Positions 17,446 to 26,900 of a stretch of DNA of 64,000 bases are shown one piece after another. The stretch is taken from contig JACPBY010000013.1 of NCBI GenBank assembly GCA_016180065.1, forward strand, positions 2,746-66,745, in the 5' to 3' direction. A program made the translations under genes and the position numbers. Below the pieces are notes generated by a model that had not been told where the DNA came from, searched no databases, and worked only from the letters and a program-made list of their open reading frames with translations. Source of the DNA: Candidatus Woesearchaeota archaeon (GTDB lineage: Archaea; Nanobdellota; Nanobdellia; Woesearchaeales; UBA10216). Every line of letters starts with the position of its first letter. The stretch's first letter is position 1.

Positions 17446-18350
17446 CTGGTTAGAAGCTTTACCGGGTGGTATGAAAGCTTTACCCGCTTCAGGTAGTCGA
17501 CGTTAAAGTCGTCCTGGGCATTGAGGAATTCATAGGATGATAGATGCCTTGCAAACTCCCTGAAAATAAATTCGGAAGCGCCGTTAAGGGCGGGATTTGT
17601 CTTTTCAATGATGTTGCTGCACATGCTGGCCGTGAGGGGCTCGCCCAAGCTTATCCCTGCAACCTTCCCGTCCACTTTGACTACAATGCCTTTTACCCCC
17701 AGCTCAGGTGATGAGCCGACCAGCTTTTTTGCAACCTCTGTTTCCGAGTCAATCTCATACCTGCACGAATCAGGAATGGTTTCCTCCTTCTGTTCCCGCC
17801 AGAGGTCTATCAGTTCCAAACATTCGCTCGCATGCTTTTTGAAGTCAAATTCCTCAACAGCATAGTCATAATTCTTCATGAAGAAGTTAGCCTTGTGCCT
17901 CTTGGAATCAAATTGCCCGCCTTTTAAACCTATAAGGTCCTGTGTCCTGTAAACATAGTCCTGCGTCCAGTAGCCAAGGCTGCAGCTTAGTTCATTTGCA
18001 ACAGATTCATATTCACTTTTCAGGCAATCAGGTATGTAAATCGCTGCAGGCTTTGCAACCGCGCCTGCTCTTTTGTTGAGCATTTCCACGTGGTCAAAGC
18101 ACACTGCAATCGTCTCGCCAAGCTTGCCGCCTCCAACCGGCGGGCCCCACAGGACATGCCTATCCTTCAAAAAGCCAAAAACGCAAAGGTTGCCGTTTAT
18201 GACTGTCCAAGTGTGCTTCATAGGCCCTGCCCAGATGTGCCTCATCGTGAACGTGGTGTCTGCCAAAGGCTCCTCTACCGCCCTAAAAAAGTTCTGAAAG
18301 ACAGCCTTGTGCCTGATGGAAACATTCCTGTTCTCAGCAAAAGCCAGCAC
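17424..18350 (-). CDS. DUF2156-like protein (MprF C-terminal / aminoacyl-tRNA transferase-like GNAT fold)
   Basis: 308 aa. The pattern G.QFDSKRHKANFFMKNYDYAVEEF plus a C-terminal acetyltransferase-like half resembles the phosphatidylglycerol lysyltransferase C-terminal domain family. Recognised from memory. Confidence 0.65.
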   Translation of the reverse strand: MLAFAENRNVSIRHKAVFQNFFRAVEEPLADTTFTMRHIWAGPMKHTWTVINGNLCVFGFLKDRHVLWGPPVGGGKLGETIAVCFDHVEMLNKRAGAVAKPAAIYIPDCLKSEYESVANELSCSLGYWTQDYVYRTQDLIGLKGGQFDSKRHKANFFMKNYDYAVEEFDFKKHASECLELIDLWREQKEETIPDSCRYEIDSETEVAKKLVGSSPELGVKGIVVKVDGKVAGISLGEPLTASMCSNIIEKTNPALNGASEFIFREFARHLSSYEFLNAQDDFNVDYLKRVKLSYHPVKLLTSYCLEKK

Positions 18351-18474
18351 CTTTACGCCTCTTTGTTATGAATGACATTTACTGCGCATCCGTGTATAAA
18401 AATTTTTTGAAACAAAACGCAGAAAACGCAATCATAGCAAAAATTTTAAATATCCTTTTGCTGAGAAGAAACGT

Positions 18475-19281
18475 ATGGATTTTGGAGAGCGGCATCACGG
18501 CTTCAGCCTGTCAGACATAGCTTACAGGCTTTCCGGCAAAAAGGCAGTTGTGGAGAGCGAAGTAATAAACGGCCGCAAGCTTAACGTAATATTTACCTTC
18601 TTCAGCAAGGCAAGCTTTGAGAGTGACCAGAAGGAATGGGCTGATTACCAGAAAAAAGTTTATGCTGCGCGGGAGAAAGGCCAGAAAGAAGAGGGATTCA
18701 AGTTTTATGATTTTTACAATACCTTAAGGAGGAAAATAGGCTACAGCGAATTCATCAAGATCTCCATTCCGTTCTTTTCAAGGATAATCTTCCAGGCATT
18801 TGCAGACCATCCTGACTTTTTCTACGACAAGAAGGAAATCACTGTGCAGGTGATGATTAAGCCAGCCGGAAGGTGGGAGGAGGAAACAAAGGGAAAGTTC
18901 TCCTTTGCGGGCGCCTACCCATACTCGCCTGTAGAGATGTTTGCAGACAAGGCACTAAAGGAAGGAATACTTGACATGGACAACTATTACACACAGTTCA
19001 GCGGCTTTTACGTCCTTCAGGCGATAGTTGCCCCTCACATTTTTTTCAGGAGGATAGACTACAACTTTCTTTACAAGTTTATAGTCCATGAGCTTGACCA
19101 TTACCATACATGCGCCCTGAACTACTACAGCTATGAGCGGGGGCTTAAGGACAGGCTTGGCCCAAACGACATGGTCTTAACCTATGAAGAGTTCGCCTCC
19201 TTGTGGAAGCAGGCAGAGAAGAATTATGATGCTGCAGAGCTTGCAAAAGTCAAGAAGGCAGGATATTACCCGATAGACTGA
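18475..19281 (+). CDS. hypothetical protein with an HExxH motif (possible metallopeptidase)
   Basis: 268 aa. It contains FIVHELDHYHT. No other family signature recognised. Confidence 0.5.
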   Translation: MDFGERHHGFSLSDIAYRLSGKKAVVESEVINGRKLNVIFTFFSKASFESDQKEWADYQKKVYAAREKGQKEEGFKFYDFYNTLRRKIGYSEFIKISIPFFSRIIFQAFADHPDFFYDKKEITVQVMIKPAGRWEEETKGKFSFAGAYPYSPVEMFADKALKEGILDMDNYYTQFSGFYVLQAIVAPHIFFRRIDYNFLYKFIVHELDHYHTCALNYYSYERGLKDRLGPNDMVLTYEEFASLWKQAEKNYDAAELAKVKKAGYYPID

Positions 19282-19319
19282 AACAAACTTTAAAAATCCG
19301 GCAGCAAAAACAGCTTGCG

Positions 19320-20261
19320 ATGGAGATAATAGCAGACGTTGAAGGGGCAAGCGATGAGATAAAGAGGTGCATAAGCAGGTTTGGCCATTCGCCTGAACAT
19401 AACTACGCTTATCTCCTGGCTAACGGGAAACAGTGGGGAAAGCCCCTGTTTTTGGAATCTGAAGGCGGCTACGGAGTTTTTATAGCGCACAACGAGGCCA
19501 GTGGCGAAGCCTTTATGCTTTCTGAGGCGCTTGCGCCCCGCGAGAAACAGGTTGAATTGCTGCACGAAGCGCTTGACACATGCTTCAGCAAACTTGGCAT
19601 TACAAAGCTCGTTGTGGACCAATCCGAGGCTTTAAGGGCAGCAACATTGAAATCGCTTAGAAACGGCAGCTACAGGGCATTGCGGCCAAGTTACCCGCTT
19701 TACTGGCCGGTGTTTGATATGGAACGCTGGGATGGAGACACAATGTCGGGGGAAGGCTGGAAAAAGCTCAGGAACATAAAGAACCGGTTCTACAAAGAAC
19801 ATTCTGTTGAGGTTGTTGACACCAAGCTGATTGACAGGGAAGCTTTGAAGAAAATTGTAAGCGACTGGATTGCGCGAAGAAGGCTTTTAAGCCTGGGAGC
19901 AAGCAGGGAAAACTCCAACTTCATCTACTACAAGACGTACATCAACATTCTTGACCTTGAGTTTGAAGGGATGAAACTCGCCAAAACGCTTGTTGTCGAC
20001 GGGCGGCCATGCACCATAACCGCGGGATGGGAAACACCCAATTCCAACAAGGGATATTATTCAGGTGTCGGGATATGCGACTACAGTTTTGAAGGGCTGG
20101 GTGAGATTGCAAACCTCGAAGACCTGTGGAGCCTGAAGAAGAAAGGATACAGGCTGGTGGAATTCGGGGGAAGCACGCTTCCCCTGCTGAGGTTCAAGCT
20201 GAAATTCAGGCCGCATTTTGCCTACATGACGCACACTTACGGTATCGTCAGGAAGAATTAA
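19320..20261 (+). CDS. DUF2156-like protein, second copy
   Basis: 313 aa. GEGWKKLRNIKNRFYKEHSVEVVD and its overall layout parallel the 17424-18350 protein. Confidence 0.6.
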   Translation: MEIIADVEGASDEIKRCISRFGHSPEHNYAYLLANGKQWGKPLFLESEGGYGVFIAHNEASGEAFMLSEALAPREKQVELLHEALDTCFSKLGITKLVVDQSEALRAATLKSLRNGSYRALRPSYPLYWPVFDMERWDGDTMSGEGWKKLRNIKNRFYKEHSVEVVDTKLIDREALKKIVSDWIARRRLLSLGASRENSNFIYYKTYINILDLEFEGMKLAKTLVVDGRPCTITAGWETPNSNKGYYSGVGICDYSFEGLGEIANLEDLWSLKKKGYRLVEFGGSTLPLLRFKLKFRPHFAYMTHTYGIVRKN

Positions 20262-21025
20262 CCCTGCCTCTTCCGGCCGACAAACACAAACCCGCCGCTC
20301 AGCCACTTGAGAAGGGGGCTGGCAACCTTGCCCTGCCGGAAGGACAAGTAAAACTTTATTACAACAGCCAAGGCAGCATTCCTGAACAGGCCCTCAAGTT
20401 CATCCGGCCTGAATGCATGCACATAGGAATTGCCCAAATCGCTGCCATGATAGTAATAGCAGTCCCCCTTCTCAAGGCCGCCAGGCCTGCAGAACAGGTC
20501 CCTAAGCAGCCATAGCAGGTCACCGGGCTTTTCCAGGGTGCCAAGCGGGCTGTGGGCATGAACCACCACAAGGCCGCCGGGCTTTGTGACCCTTGCAAAC
20601 TCACGCATGGCCTTTTGACGGTTGGCATTACCCGGTATGCAGCCCAGGCTGCTGTACATGCAAATCACATAGTCAAAGGAGTTATCCCTTATGCCATCGA
20701 GGCAGGTAACGTCCAAATTGTAAAGCTTGGCCTTCAGGCCTGCAGCTTTCAGGTCCTTCCTGACAAATTCAACCATGTGCCTGTTGTAGTCGTTGCCGTA
20801 AACGTCAAAGCCTTTTCCTGCAAAATAGAGAACATGCCTCCCCCTTGCCATCATGGCATCAAACAAGCTGCCTTTTCCTGGCAAAATGCTATCAAGGAGC
20901 GCAGTATCAAGCCTGAAATGCGCATCCATTGAGGATTCTGCATCATAGAAGCGCTCAGCATAGTCCCTGCTTTTGCTTTCAGCAGCAACAGCCTCTGCTA
21001 TCCTTTCCCTGATGTTCTCTGCCAT
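20258..21025 (-). CDS. class I SAM-dependent methyltransferase-like protein
   Basis: 255 aa. Rossmann-like VLYFAGKGFDVYGNDY, DYVICMYSSLG and KPGGLVVVHAHS. Motif I is degenerate. Confidence 0.7.
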   Translation of the reverse strand: MAENIRERIAEAVAAESKSRDYAERFYDAESSMDAHFRLDTALLDSILPGKGSLFDAMMARGRHVLYFAGKGFDVYGNDYNRHMVEFVRKDLKAAGLKAKLYNLDVTCLDGIRDNSFDYVICMYSSLGCIPGNANRQKAMREFARVTKPGGLVVVHAHSPLGTLEKPGDLLWLLRDLFCRPGGLEKGDCYYYHGSDLGNSYVHAFRPDELEGLFRNAALAVVIKFYLSFRQGKVASPLLKWLSGGFVFVGRKRQG

Positions 21026-21427
21026 TTAGTACGGCGCCTTTATTCTCAAATTTGGCACTCTTGCGTAATCGGAGACGTTCCTTGTGCAAAGCAGGGCTTT
21101 TGCCTCCAATGCGGTTGCGGCTATTATAGCATCTACAATGGACAGGCCGTATTTTCGCCTTAACGCACCACCCAGCCGTGCCAATTCGTTGGTGACCAGC
21201 ACTTTTTTGCCAATCGATAAAAAAGCAATAGCTTTCTCTTCATTCTTATTATCCTCGCAATCTTTTCCAGCAAGGACTTCCGCCTCAGTGAGGGCGGAGT
21301 AATAAATGCTGAACCGCTTGTTCCTTGCAATTGAGCTGAACCATTCAATCGACCTTTTTACATTCCGCAGGGTATCTATGAAAAGGTCCGTATCTATGAC
21401 GAGGGCGGTTGTTCCATCCTCGCTCAT
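21026..21427 (-). CDS. vapC: PIN-domain toxin (VapC)
   Basis: LVIDTDLFIDTL, TEAEVLAG, IVDAIIAATA and CTRNVSDY. It overlaps the upstream antitoxin by 4 nt. Confidence 0.85.
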   Translation of the reverse strand: MSEDGTTALVIDTDLFIDTLRNVKRSIEWFSSIARNKRFSIYYSALTEAEVLAGKDCEDNKNEEKAIAFLSIGKKVLVTNELARLGGALRRKYGLSIVDAIIAATALEAKALLCTRNVSDYARVPNLRIKAPY

Positions 21428-21672
21428 ATGCCCAGCCTCTTTGCCCTCTTCTCATACTCAGCCCTCATGCCTCTCACGTATTCGACAGAGTCCTTAACCT
21501 TTTTCCAGGTGCCAGCTGCCTCGTTAATGACATTTTCCTCAAATTTTTTAATCACAAGCCCTTCTTCCCTCAGGCTTACCAGCAGCGTATCCCCCACATT
21601 GATGCTGAACAGCTTTCTTGCGTCTTTCGGAAGCGTTATCTGGTAATTCCTCGTCACTTTCGCCATGCCCAT
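21424..21672 (-). CDS. vapB: AbrB/SpoVT-type antitoxin (VapB)
   Basis: KVTRNYQITLPKDARKLFSINVGDTLLV swapped-hairpin motif. Confidence 0.8.
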   Translation of the reverse strand: MGMAKVTRNYQITLPKDARKLFSINVGDTLLVSLREEGLVIKKFEENVINEAAGTWKKVKDSVEYVRGMRAEYEKRAKRLGI

Positions 21673-21818
21673 GCTAGTCACCTGCCCGTTTTTAACTAAA
21701 GTAGTTTAGTAATTTTATGTTGGAATAATTAGTAAACTCATATTTAAACTTTTCTGTCAAGCGCCCCACAGGCAACACCAAATGGCCGCCCAAAAGCCAG
21801 CCCGAATAAAATTAGTTT

Positions 21819-22190
21819 CTACTTTTTCTTGTAACCAAACTTTTTATCGTAATCCTTATGGTTGATAACGTCCAGAACAAAGCAGATAACTTCGATTTGG
21901 TCTCCCTTAATAGTATAAAGCATCCTCCAATAATTGGCTAATTCAACCCTCCACAAGTTGCTAACCTTATACATTCCAATATACTCCTGCGGAATAAGCG
22001 CTTTCGGAATATTGTTCCCGTAGAACGGATTCGCTTTGATGAAGTCAATCTTCTGCTTGATGGAACGCAACAATTGGATTTCTTCAGTGCTTTCCTTCCC
22101 TTCCATTAGCTGCTGGCCAACCATCTCATTCAGCTTTTTGTATTCAGAGTCGGCCTCGCCAAGAAGAATAACCCTAACCGGCTTATTCAT
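21819..22190 (-). CDS. RelE/ParE-superfamily toxin-like protein
   Basis: The C-terminal LWRVELANYWRMLYTIKGDQIEVICFVLDVINHKDYDKKFG is typical of RelE/StbE-like toxins. 4-nt overlap with the upstream gene. Confidence 0.65.
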   Translation of the reverse strand: MNKPVRVILLGEADSEYKKLNEMVGQQLMEGKESTEEIQLLRSIKQKIDFIKANPFYGNNIPKALIPQEYIGMYKVSNLWRVELANYWRMLYTIKGDQIEVICFVLDVINHKDYDKKFGYKKK

Positions 22191-22468
22191 ACCTCAGTCC
22201 CTCTCTTAATCAACTCATCCAACTCTTTTCTTTCTGTAAAAACCCAAAGAATGCCTTTAGTGCCAATAACAATTTTCCCGCTCAACTGTAGGTAATCTAA
22301 AATTCGAAGCAAAGTCTGATGCATAACCTTCTTTGGAAGTTTCCTCTTCAAATCCGCCAAAGTCACTAATTCACCATTCTTCAATGTTTCTTCAACCATA
22401 AGAATAGTGTTCAAATTAGGGGAATGAGCCAACTTTTCCCTTCCCTTAATAACAACAGTTTGAGTCAT
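22187..22468 (-). CDS. putative antitoxin / wHTH partner of the RelE-like gene
   Basis: 93 aa, translationally coupled to the toxin. LVTLADLKRKLPKKVMHQTLLRILDYLQLSGKIV looks like a winged helix. Confidence 0.55.
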   Translation of the reverse strand: MTQTVVIKGREKLAHSPNLNTILMVEETLKNGELVTLADLKRKLPKKVMHQTLLRILDYLQLSGKIVIGTKGILWVFTERKELDELIKRGTEV

Positions 22469-22534
22469 TTTACATATCCAATTGGTATAAGTTTATGTTT
22501 ATTAAGTATACATCTATATAAACTTTTCGGTTAT

Positions 22535-22824
22535 TCAACCCTCCAAAACCTTAAGCATCTGCGGGCATATGCACTTTGCATTCCCGAAGCGCAGCCACAC
22601 AACCGTGTTCAACAAAAAAGCCCTGAAATTGAAGAACATGAACATCAGCCCAAGACCACTGGGAATCAACGTCAGAAAAGCCCGAGCATATAACTGAAAG
22701 GGCAGCTTGAAAAAGAGCAGCATCCTGCCGGTAAGAACAAAACCGTATAAGCAAGCTGCTCAAAAGTCAACCCAAATAAAATCTTCTCTTTATACTGTAG
22801 CTCCTGAGGTATTTCATAAGGCAT
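22535..22824 (-). pseudogene. PrgI-like small membrane protein gene, frameshifted
   Basis: From ATG 22824 the sequence reads MPYEIPQELQYKEKILFGLTFEQLAYTVLFLPAG, then hits a stop. The hydrophobic continuation (M)LLFFKLPFQLYARAFLTLIPSGLGLMFMFFNF...WLRF is in another frame (ORF 22535-22723). The N-terminal pattern resembles PrgI/VirB3-like proteins, from memory. Confidence 0.4.
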
Positions 22825-22875
22825 TTTATCACCCTGTCCAAAAAATATTAAAATGCGCAGACTGTTGACAGAAGA

Positions 22876-23352
22876 ATGGAAAAAGAAGCCTTAATATCAG
22901 ATGACGGACTTTATCGATATTGGCTTTCGAGATGTTGGGATGAAACCAAAAAATCATGCTGTTTTCTAATGCTTAATCCGAGTACGGCTGATGACAAGAT
23001 TGATGATAGAACTATCAAAAGATGCATAGATTTTGCGAAAAGGTGGAGATATGGGTCCTTAATTGTTGTAAACCTTTTTGCCTACCGGTCGACAGATAGT
23101 GACAAACTCAAAGGAGTTTCTGAACCAATTGGAAAAGAAAATGACTTTCATATTTCTGATTGCATTGCTAAAGCTGATATCGTGATCTGTGCATGGGGAC
23201 AAAAAGGGAAACTACTTAACAGGAATAGACAAGTAATAAATCGTCTCAAAGAAAAAAACATTAAGCTTTATTATCTTAAGAAGACCAAAAATGGTGAGCC
23301 TTGGCATCCGCTTTTCGTCAGTAAGACATCGCTACCCCGATTGTATGATTGA
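22876..23352 (+). CDS. DUF1643 domain protein
   Basis: LMLNPSTADDKIDDRTIKRCIDFAKRWRYGSLIVVNLFAYRSTD and ICAWG match the DUF1643 pattern. Confidence 0.75.
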   Translation: MEKEALISDDGLYRYWLSRCWDETKKSCCFLMLNPSTADDKIDDRTIKRCIDFAKRWRYGSLIVVNLFAYRSTDSDKLKGVSEPIGKENDFHISDCIAKADIVICAWGQKGKLLNRNRQVINRLKEKNIKLYYLKKTKNGEPWHPLFVSKTSLPRLYD

Positions 23353-23428
23353 TAATAAGGTCGTTATCCCTTTTGGTGCACTATCCTTGGTTGGCTCCTG
23401 ACCAGTTGGTGAAAAGCCGGGCAAAAAG

Positions 23429-26400
23429 TTACTTTGTGATTGTAAGGAAAATCTCTACGTTCTGCCCCTTAACCCTGGCAACCGCTTCGTTGCTGAAAGT
23501 TCCCTGCTCAGGCCTTTTTTCTGCAAACTCAAGCTTGAATGCACCGACCTTTGACTTTATGTCAGCAATGTAGTCGCTTAAAGTGCCTTTTAGCTGCTGT
23601 AAGTCAGGCGGAAGAGCGATAGCTATTGAAATCGTTTGCTCTTTTGTCAGCCCGGCATCCTTCCTTGCCTGCTGAATCCTGCGAATCAGCTCACGGGCAT
23701 AGCCCTCAGCTTCCATTTCCTCTGTGGTGTCTGTGTCAACATACAGCTCAGCATACTCGGACCTGGCAGCAACATAATTGCCGGGAATTTCATCTTCGGT
23801 TATCATGTGCTCCTTTGTGATGGAAACCATCTGGCCGTCAACATCCAGCCTGAAGCTGCCTTCTTTTTCAATGTGTTGCAACATTGCGGACGAGCTGTGC
23901 ATTGCGAGATTGGCAATAATCTTTGGGGTGAGGAATGCCCCAAATTCCGGCTCAAGCCTGCTGTAATCAGCCTTGACCTTTTGCCTGGCTTCCCTGAAAA
24001 CATCAGAAAGCGTCAGTTCCTTTACGTTGCCCTGCTTCTTGATTATTTCAGAAAGGCATCTTACAGCCTGCTTTACTTTCTCATCTTTGGTAATGACAGA
24101 AACCCTTTTTACAGGCCAGCGAAGGCCGCGCTGCATGTGGTCCCGGGCAGACATTACAGCTTCCACCAGGCTCCGGACAATCGCCATCTGCTGCTCCAGC
24201 CCGGCATCCACCACCTCAGCCTTGGGCCACTCTGCAAGGTGCACACTGGCTGCTTTTTCCCTGACAAGAAGCTGGTAAAGCTCCTCACTGACGTAAGGGG
24301 CAAAAGGCGCAAGGAGCTTCACAATTCTTGAAATTACATGCCTGAATGTGTATTGCAGTGCATCATCAGGCATTCCAGACCTGTCCCTCACCAGCTTTAT
24401 GTACCACCTTGAGAAATCATCCGCTACAAAGGACTTCAGCTCCTGCACGCAAGCATGGTACTCGTGCCTGCTTAAGGCGCTGTCAACAGATGCAGTTACA
24501 GAATTGGCCCGGGAGATAATCCATTTGTCCTCAATCTTCAGCGGTGAATCCTTGGCCGTTGCAGCCTTGTTTAAAATTTCTGACGCAAAGTAGCAGCTGT
24601 TCCACAGCACAGTAAGGAATGGAGTTATGCTTTCATTGACAATCCCGTAGCTGAACCGCTTGGGAGCCTCAGGGGAGGTGCTGCAGAACTGCAGCCTCAC
24701 AGCGTCAACCCCCACCTTTTCAAAAACCTCCCACGGGTTGAGGATGTTGCCCTTGCTCTTGCTCATTTTTTCGCCATTCTCGTCAACGACATGGCCAGCG
24801 CAGACAACGCTCCTATAGGCGAGGTCGTCAAAAAGCAGGGCTCCAAGGACATGCAGGGTATAAAACCAGCCCCGGGTCTGGTCAATGGCTTCAGCGATAA
24901 AGCTGTATGGAAAACTTTTCTGGAAAAGCTCTTTGCTGCCTTTTTCAAACGGGTAATGAAGCTGGGCAAATGTTGCAGAGCCTGAGTCATACCAGCAGTC
25001 AATCACATAAGGCACTCTTGACATCTCAGAGCTGCATTTCGGGCATTTAAGCTTGACCTCATCAATAAAAGGCCTGTGAAGGTCTATCTCTTCGTCTTTG
25101 AGCGGCTTCAGAGCTTTTTCCTTAAGCTCCTTAATGCTGCCAATCGCAATTTCCCCTTCGCAGCCATTGCTTCCGCATTTCCAAATAGGCAAAGGCGTGC
25201 CCCAGAACTTATTCCTGCTTAGTGCCCAGTCCTTTACATTGGCAAGCCAGTCCCCAAACCTGCCCTGCTTTATGTTGTCAGGATACCATGCAATTTTCTC
25301 GTTCAAATCCAGCAGCCGCTGCTTATGCTTGCTGACCGCTATGAACCATGACCTGATGGCATAGTAAAGCAGCGCTGTCCCGCAGCGCCAGCAAAAAGGA
25401 TAGCTGTGCGTGTAGTTCTCCCTGCTGAAAAGCGCGCCGTCCTTTTCAAGGCGCTCAATCACTAACGGGTTTGCGTCCTGCACGCCCAAGCCTGCAAAGT
25501 CCTCAATATCCTTTGCATAGCGGCCATCATCATTGACAGGCTGCACAAACGCCAGGCCGTGCTTTTTGCAGTTTTCGTAGTCCTCCTCGCCAAACGCAGG
25601 AGCCTGGTGGACAATGCCTGTGCCTTCCTCAGTTGTCACAAAACCAGCCAGGGTGACAACCCAGGCGGGCTTGTCAAGCTTATCAGCAAAATAGCCAAAC
25701 AGCGGCACATACGCCTTGCCGTCAAGTGCAGAGCCCTGCATTTCCTCAATTATGGCAGGATTTTTGAAATGTTTCCCAACAAGGTCCTTTGCCAGCACAA
25801 ATTGCTTGCCTGGCCATGCAGAATCCTCAACAACAGCGTAAGTGATGTCAGGATGGACAGCCAGAGCTATGTTGCCCGGCACAGTCCATGGCGTTGTTGT
25901 CCAGGCAAGAAAGTAACGGCCAGGGCTTTCTTTTAGCTGGAACATCGTTGTTATTGCAGGCTCGGTAACATCCTCGTAGCCAAGCGCAACCTCATGGCTG
26001 CTCAGAGGGGTCCCACAGCGAGGGCAATAAGGCACAACCTTGAAGTCCTCATACAGCAGCCCCTTCTTATGCAGCTGTTGCAGGCTCCACCACACGCTTT
26101 CCACATACTCATTCTTCAGCGTCACATAAGGGTTTTCCAGGTCAATCCAGAAAGCCATCTTCTCAGTCAGCCTGTCCCACTCACTGATGAACGAGAAAAC
26201 ATCATTGCGGCAAATTGCGTTAAACTTTCCAATGCCGTAATTCACGACATCCTTCTTGGTTGCCAGCTCCAGCTTTTTCTCAACCTGGACTTCCACAGGC
26301 AGGCCATGGCAGTCCCAGCCGGCCTTTCTCGGCACTGAAAAGCCCTTCATGAACTTATAGCGGCAGACAAGGTCCTTTATGGTGCGCATCTCAACATGGT

Positions 26401-26596
26401 GCAGGCCGGGAGGGGCATTGGCTGTCGGTGGGCCCTCAAGAAAGCTGAACAAAGGCTTCTTCTCATCATAAGCCAAAGCAGCCTCAACAACGCCCCTTTC
26501 CTTCCAAAGCCTTGAAACATTCTCCTCTATGCGCTTGAAGTCATAAGCTCTTGGGAAAGGATTTGACTGAGATTCAGCGGCCATGGGCAGTGGCAA
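23429..26596 (-). CDS. ileS: isoleucyl-tRNA synthetase (type 2, archaeal/eukaryote-like)
   Basis: 1055 aa. GPPTAN...GLHHV at the HIGH position, GWDCHGLPVE, a CP1 editing region (TTTPWT) and KMSKSKGN. Confidence 0.97.
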   Translation of the reverse strand: MPLPMAAESQSNPFPRAYDFKRIEENVSRLWKERGVVEAALAYDEKKPLFSFLEGPPTANAPPGLHHVEMRTIKDLVCRYKFMKGFSVPRKAGWDCHGLPVEVQVEKKLELATKKDVVNYGIGKFNAICRNDVFSFISEWDRLTEKMAFWIDLENPYVTLKNEYVESVWWSLQQLHKKGLLYEDFKVVPYCPRCGTPLSSHEVALGYEDVTEPAITTMFQLKESPGRYFLAWTTTPWTVPGNIALAVHPDITYAVVEDSAWPGKQFVLAKDLVGKHFKNPAIIEEMQGSALDGKAYVPLFGYFADKLDKPAWVVTLAGFVTTEEGTGIVHQAPAFGEEDYENCKKHGLAFVQPVNDDGRYAKDIEDFAGLGVQDANPLVIERLEKDGALFSRENYTHSYPFCWRCGTALLYYAIRSWFIAVSKHKQRLLDLNEKIAWYPDNIKQGRFGDWLANVKDWALSRNKFWGTPLPIWKCGSNGCEGEIAIGSIKELKEKALKPLKDEEIDLHRPFIDEVKLKCPKCSSEMSRVPYVIDCWYDSGSATFAQLHYPFEKGSKELFQKSFPYSFIAEAIDQTRGWFYTLHVLGALLFDDLAYRSVVCAGHVVDENGEKMSKSKGNILNPWEVFEKVGVDAVRLQFCSTSPEAPKRFSYGIVNESITPFLTVLWNSCYFASEILNKAATAKDSPLKIEDKWIISRANSVTASVDSALSRHEYHACVQELKSFVADDFSRWYIKLVRDRSGMPDDALQYTFRHVISRIVKLLAPFAPYVSEELYQLLVREKAASVHLAEWPKAEVVDAGLEQQMAIVRSLVEAVMSARDHMQRGLRWPVKRVSVITKDEKVKQAVRCLSEIIKKQGNVKELTLSDVFREARQKVKADYSRLEPEFGAFLTPKIIANLAMHSSSAMLQHIEKEGSFRLDVDGQMVSITKEHMITEDEIPGNYVAARSEYAELYVDTDTTEEMEAEGYARELIRRIQQARKDAGLTKEQTISIAIALPPDLQQLKGTLSDYIADIKSKVGAFKLEFAEKRPEQGTFSNEAVARVKGQNVEIFLTITK

Positions 26597-26900
26597 CCAG
26601 AAAACGGTATAAATAGTTTTTGGAAAACTTCATGAAACGCCTTTCATTATGCCTGTCAGCTTGACCAGTGTCCTGATGCCCCAAATAAGGAGCGGGATGG
26701 CTATGGCAAGGGCTATCCAGTTTGACATGTCCTTAAAGTCTACGATTAAAAAAGCCTTCCAGTTCATTGAAATTGCAAATTCCGGGATATTGCCTTAAAA
26801 ACATGATGCGTAACTTGGCAGTAGAAACAGAAAATTTTAAATAACACGGCTGGCAAAAGCGTTCAAAACGCCAAACAGCGCCATACCTGAAGGTTTTAGA

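Noticed and set aside
23626-26338. Multiple long plus-strand ORFs (up to 231 aa) inside ileS, and similar antisense ORFs inside lonB, argS, thrS, the NHL gene and the 692-aa gene.
   Set aside because: They are shadow ORFs opposite strongly supported genes. They have low-complexity or Cys/Ser/Leu-rich composition and no motifs.
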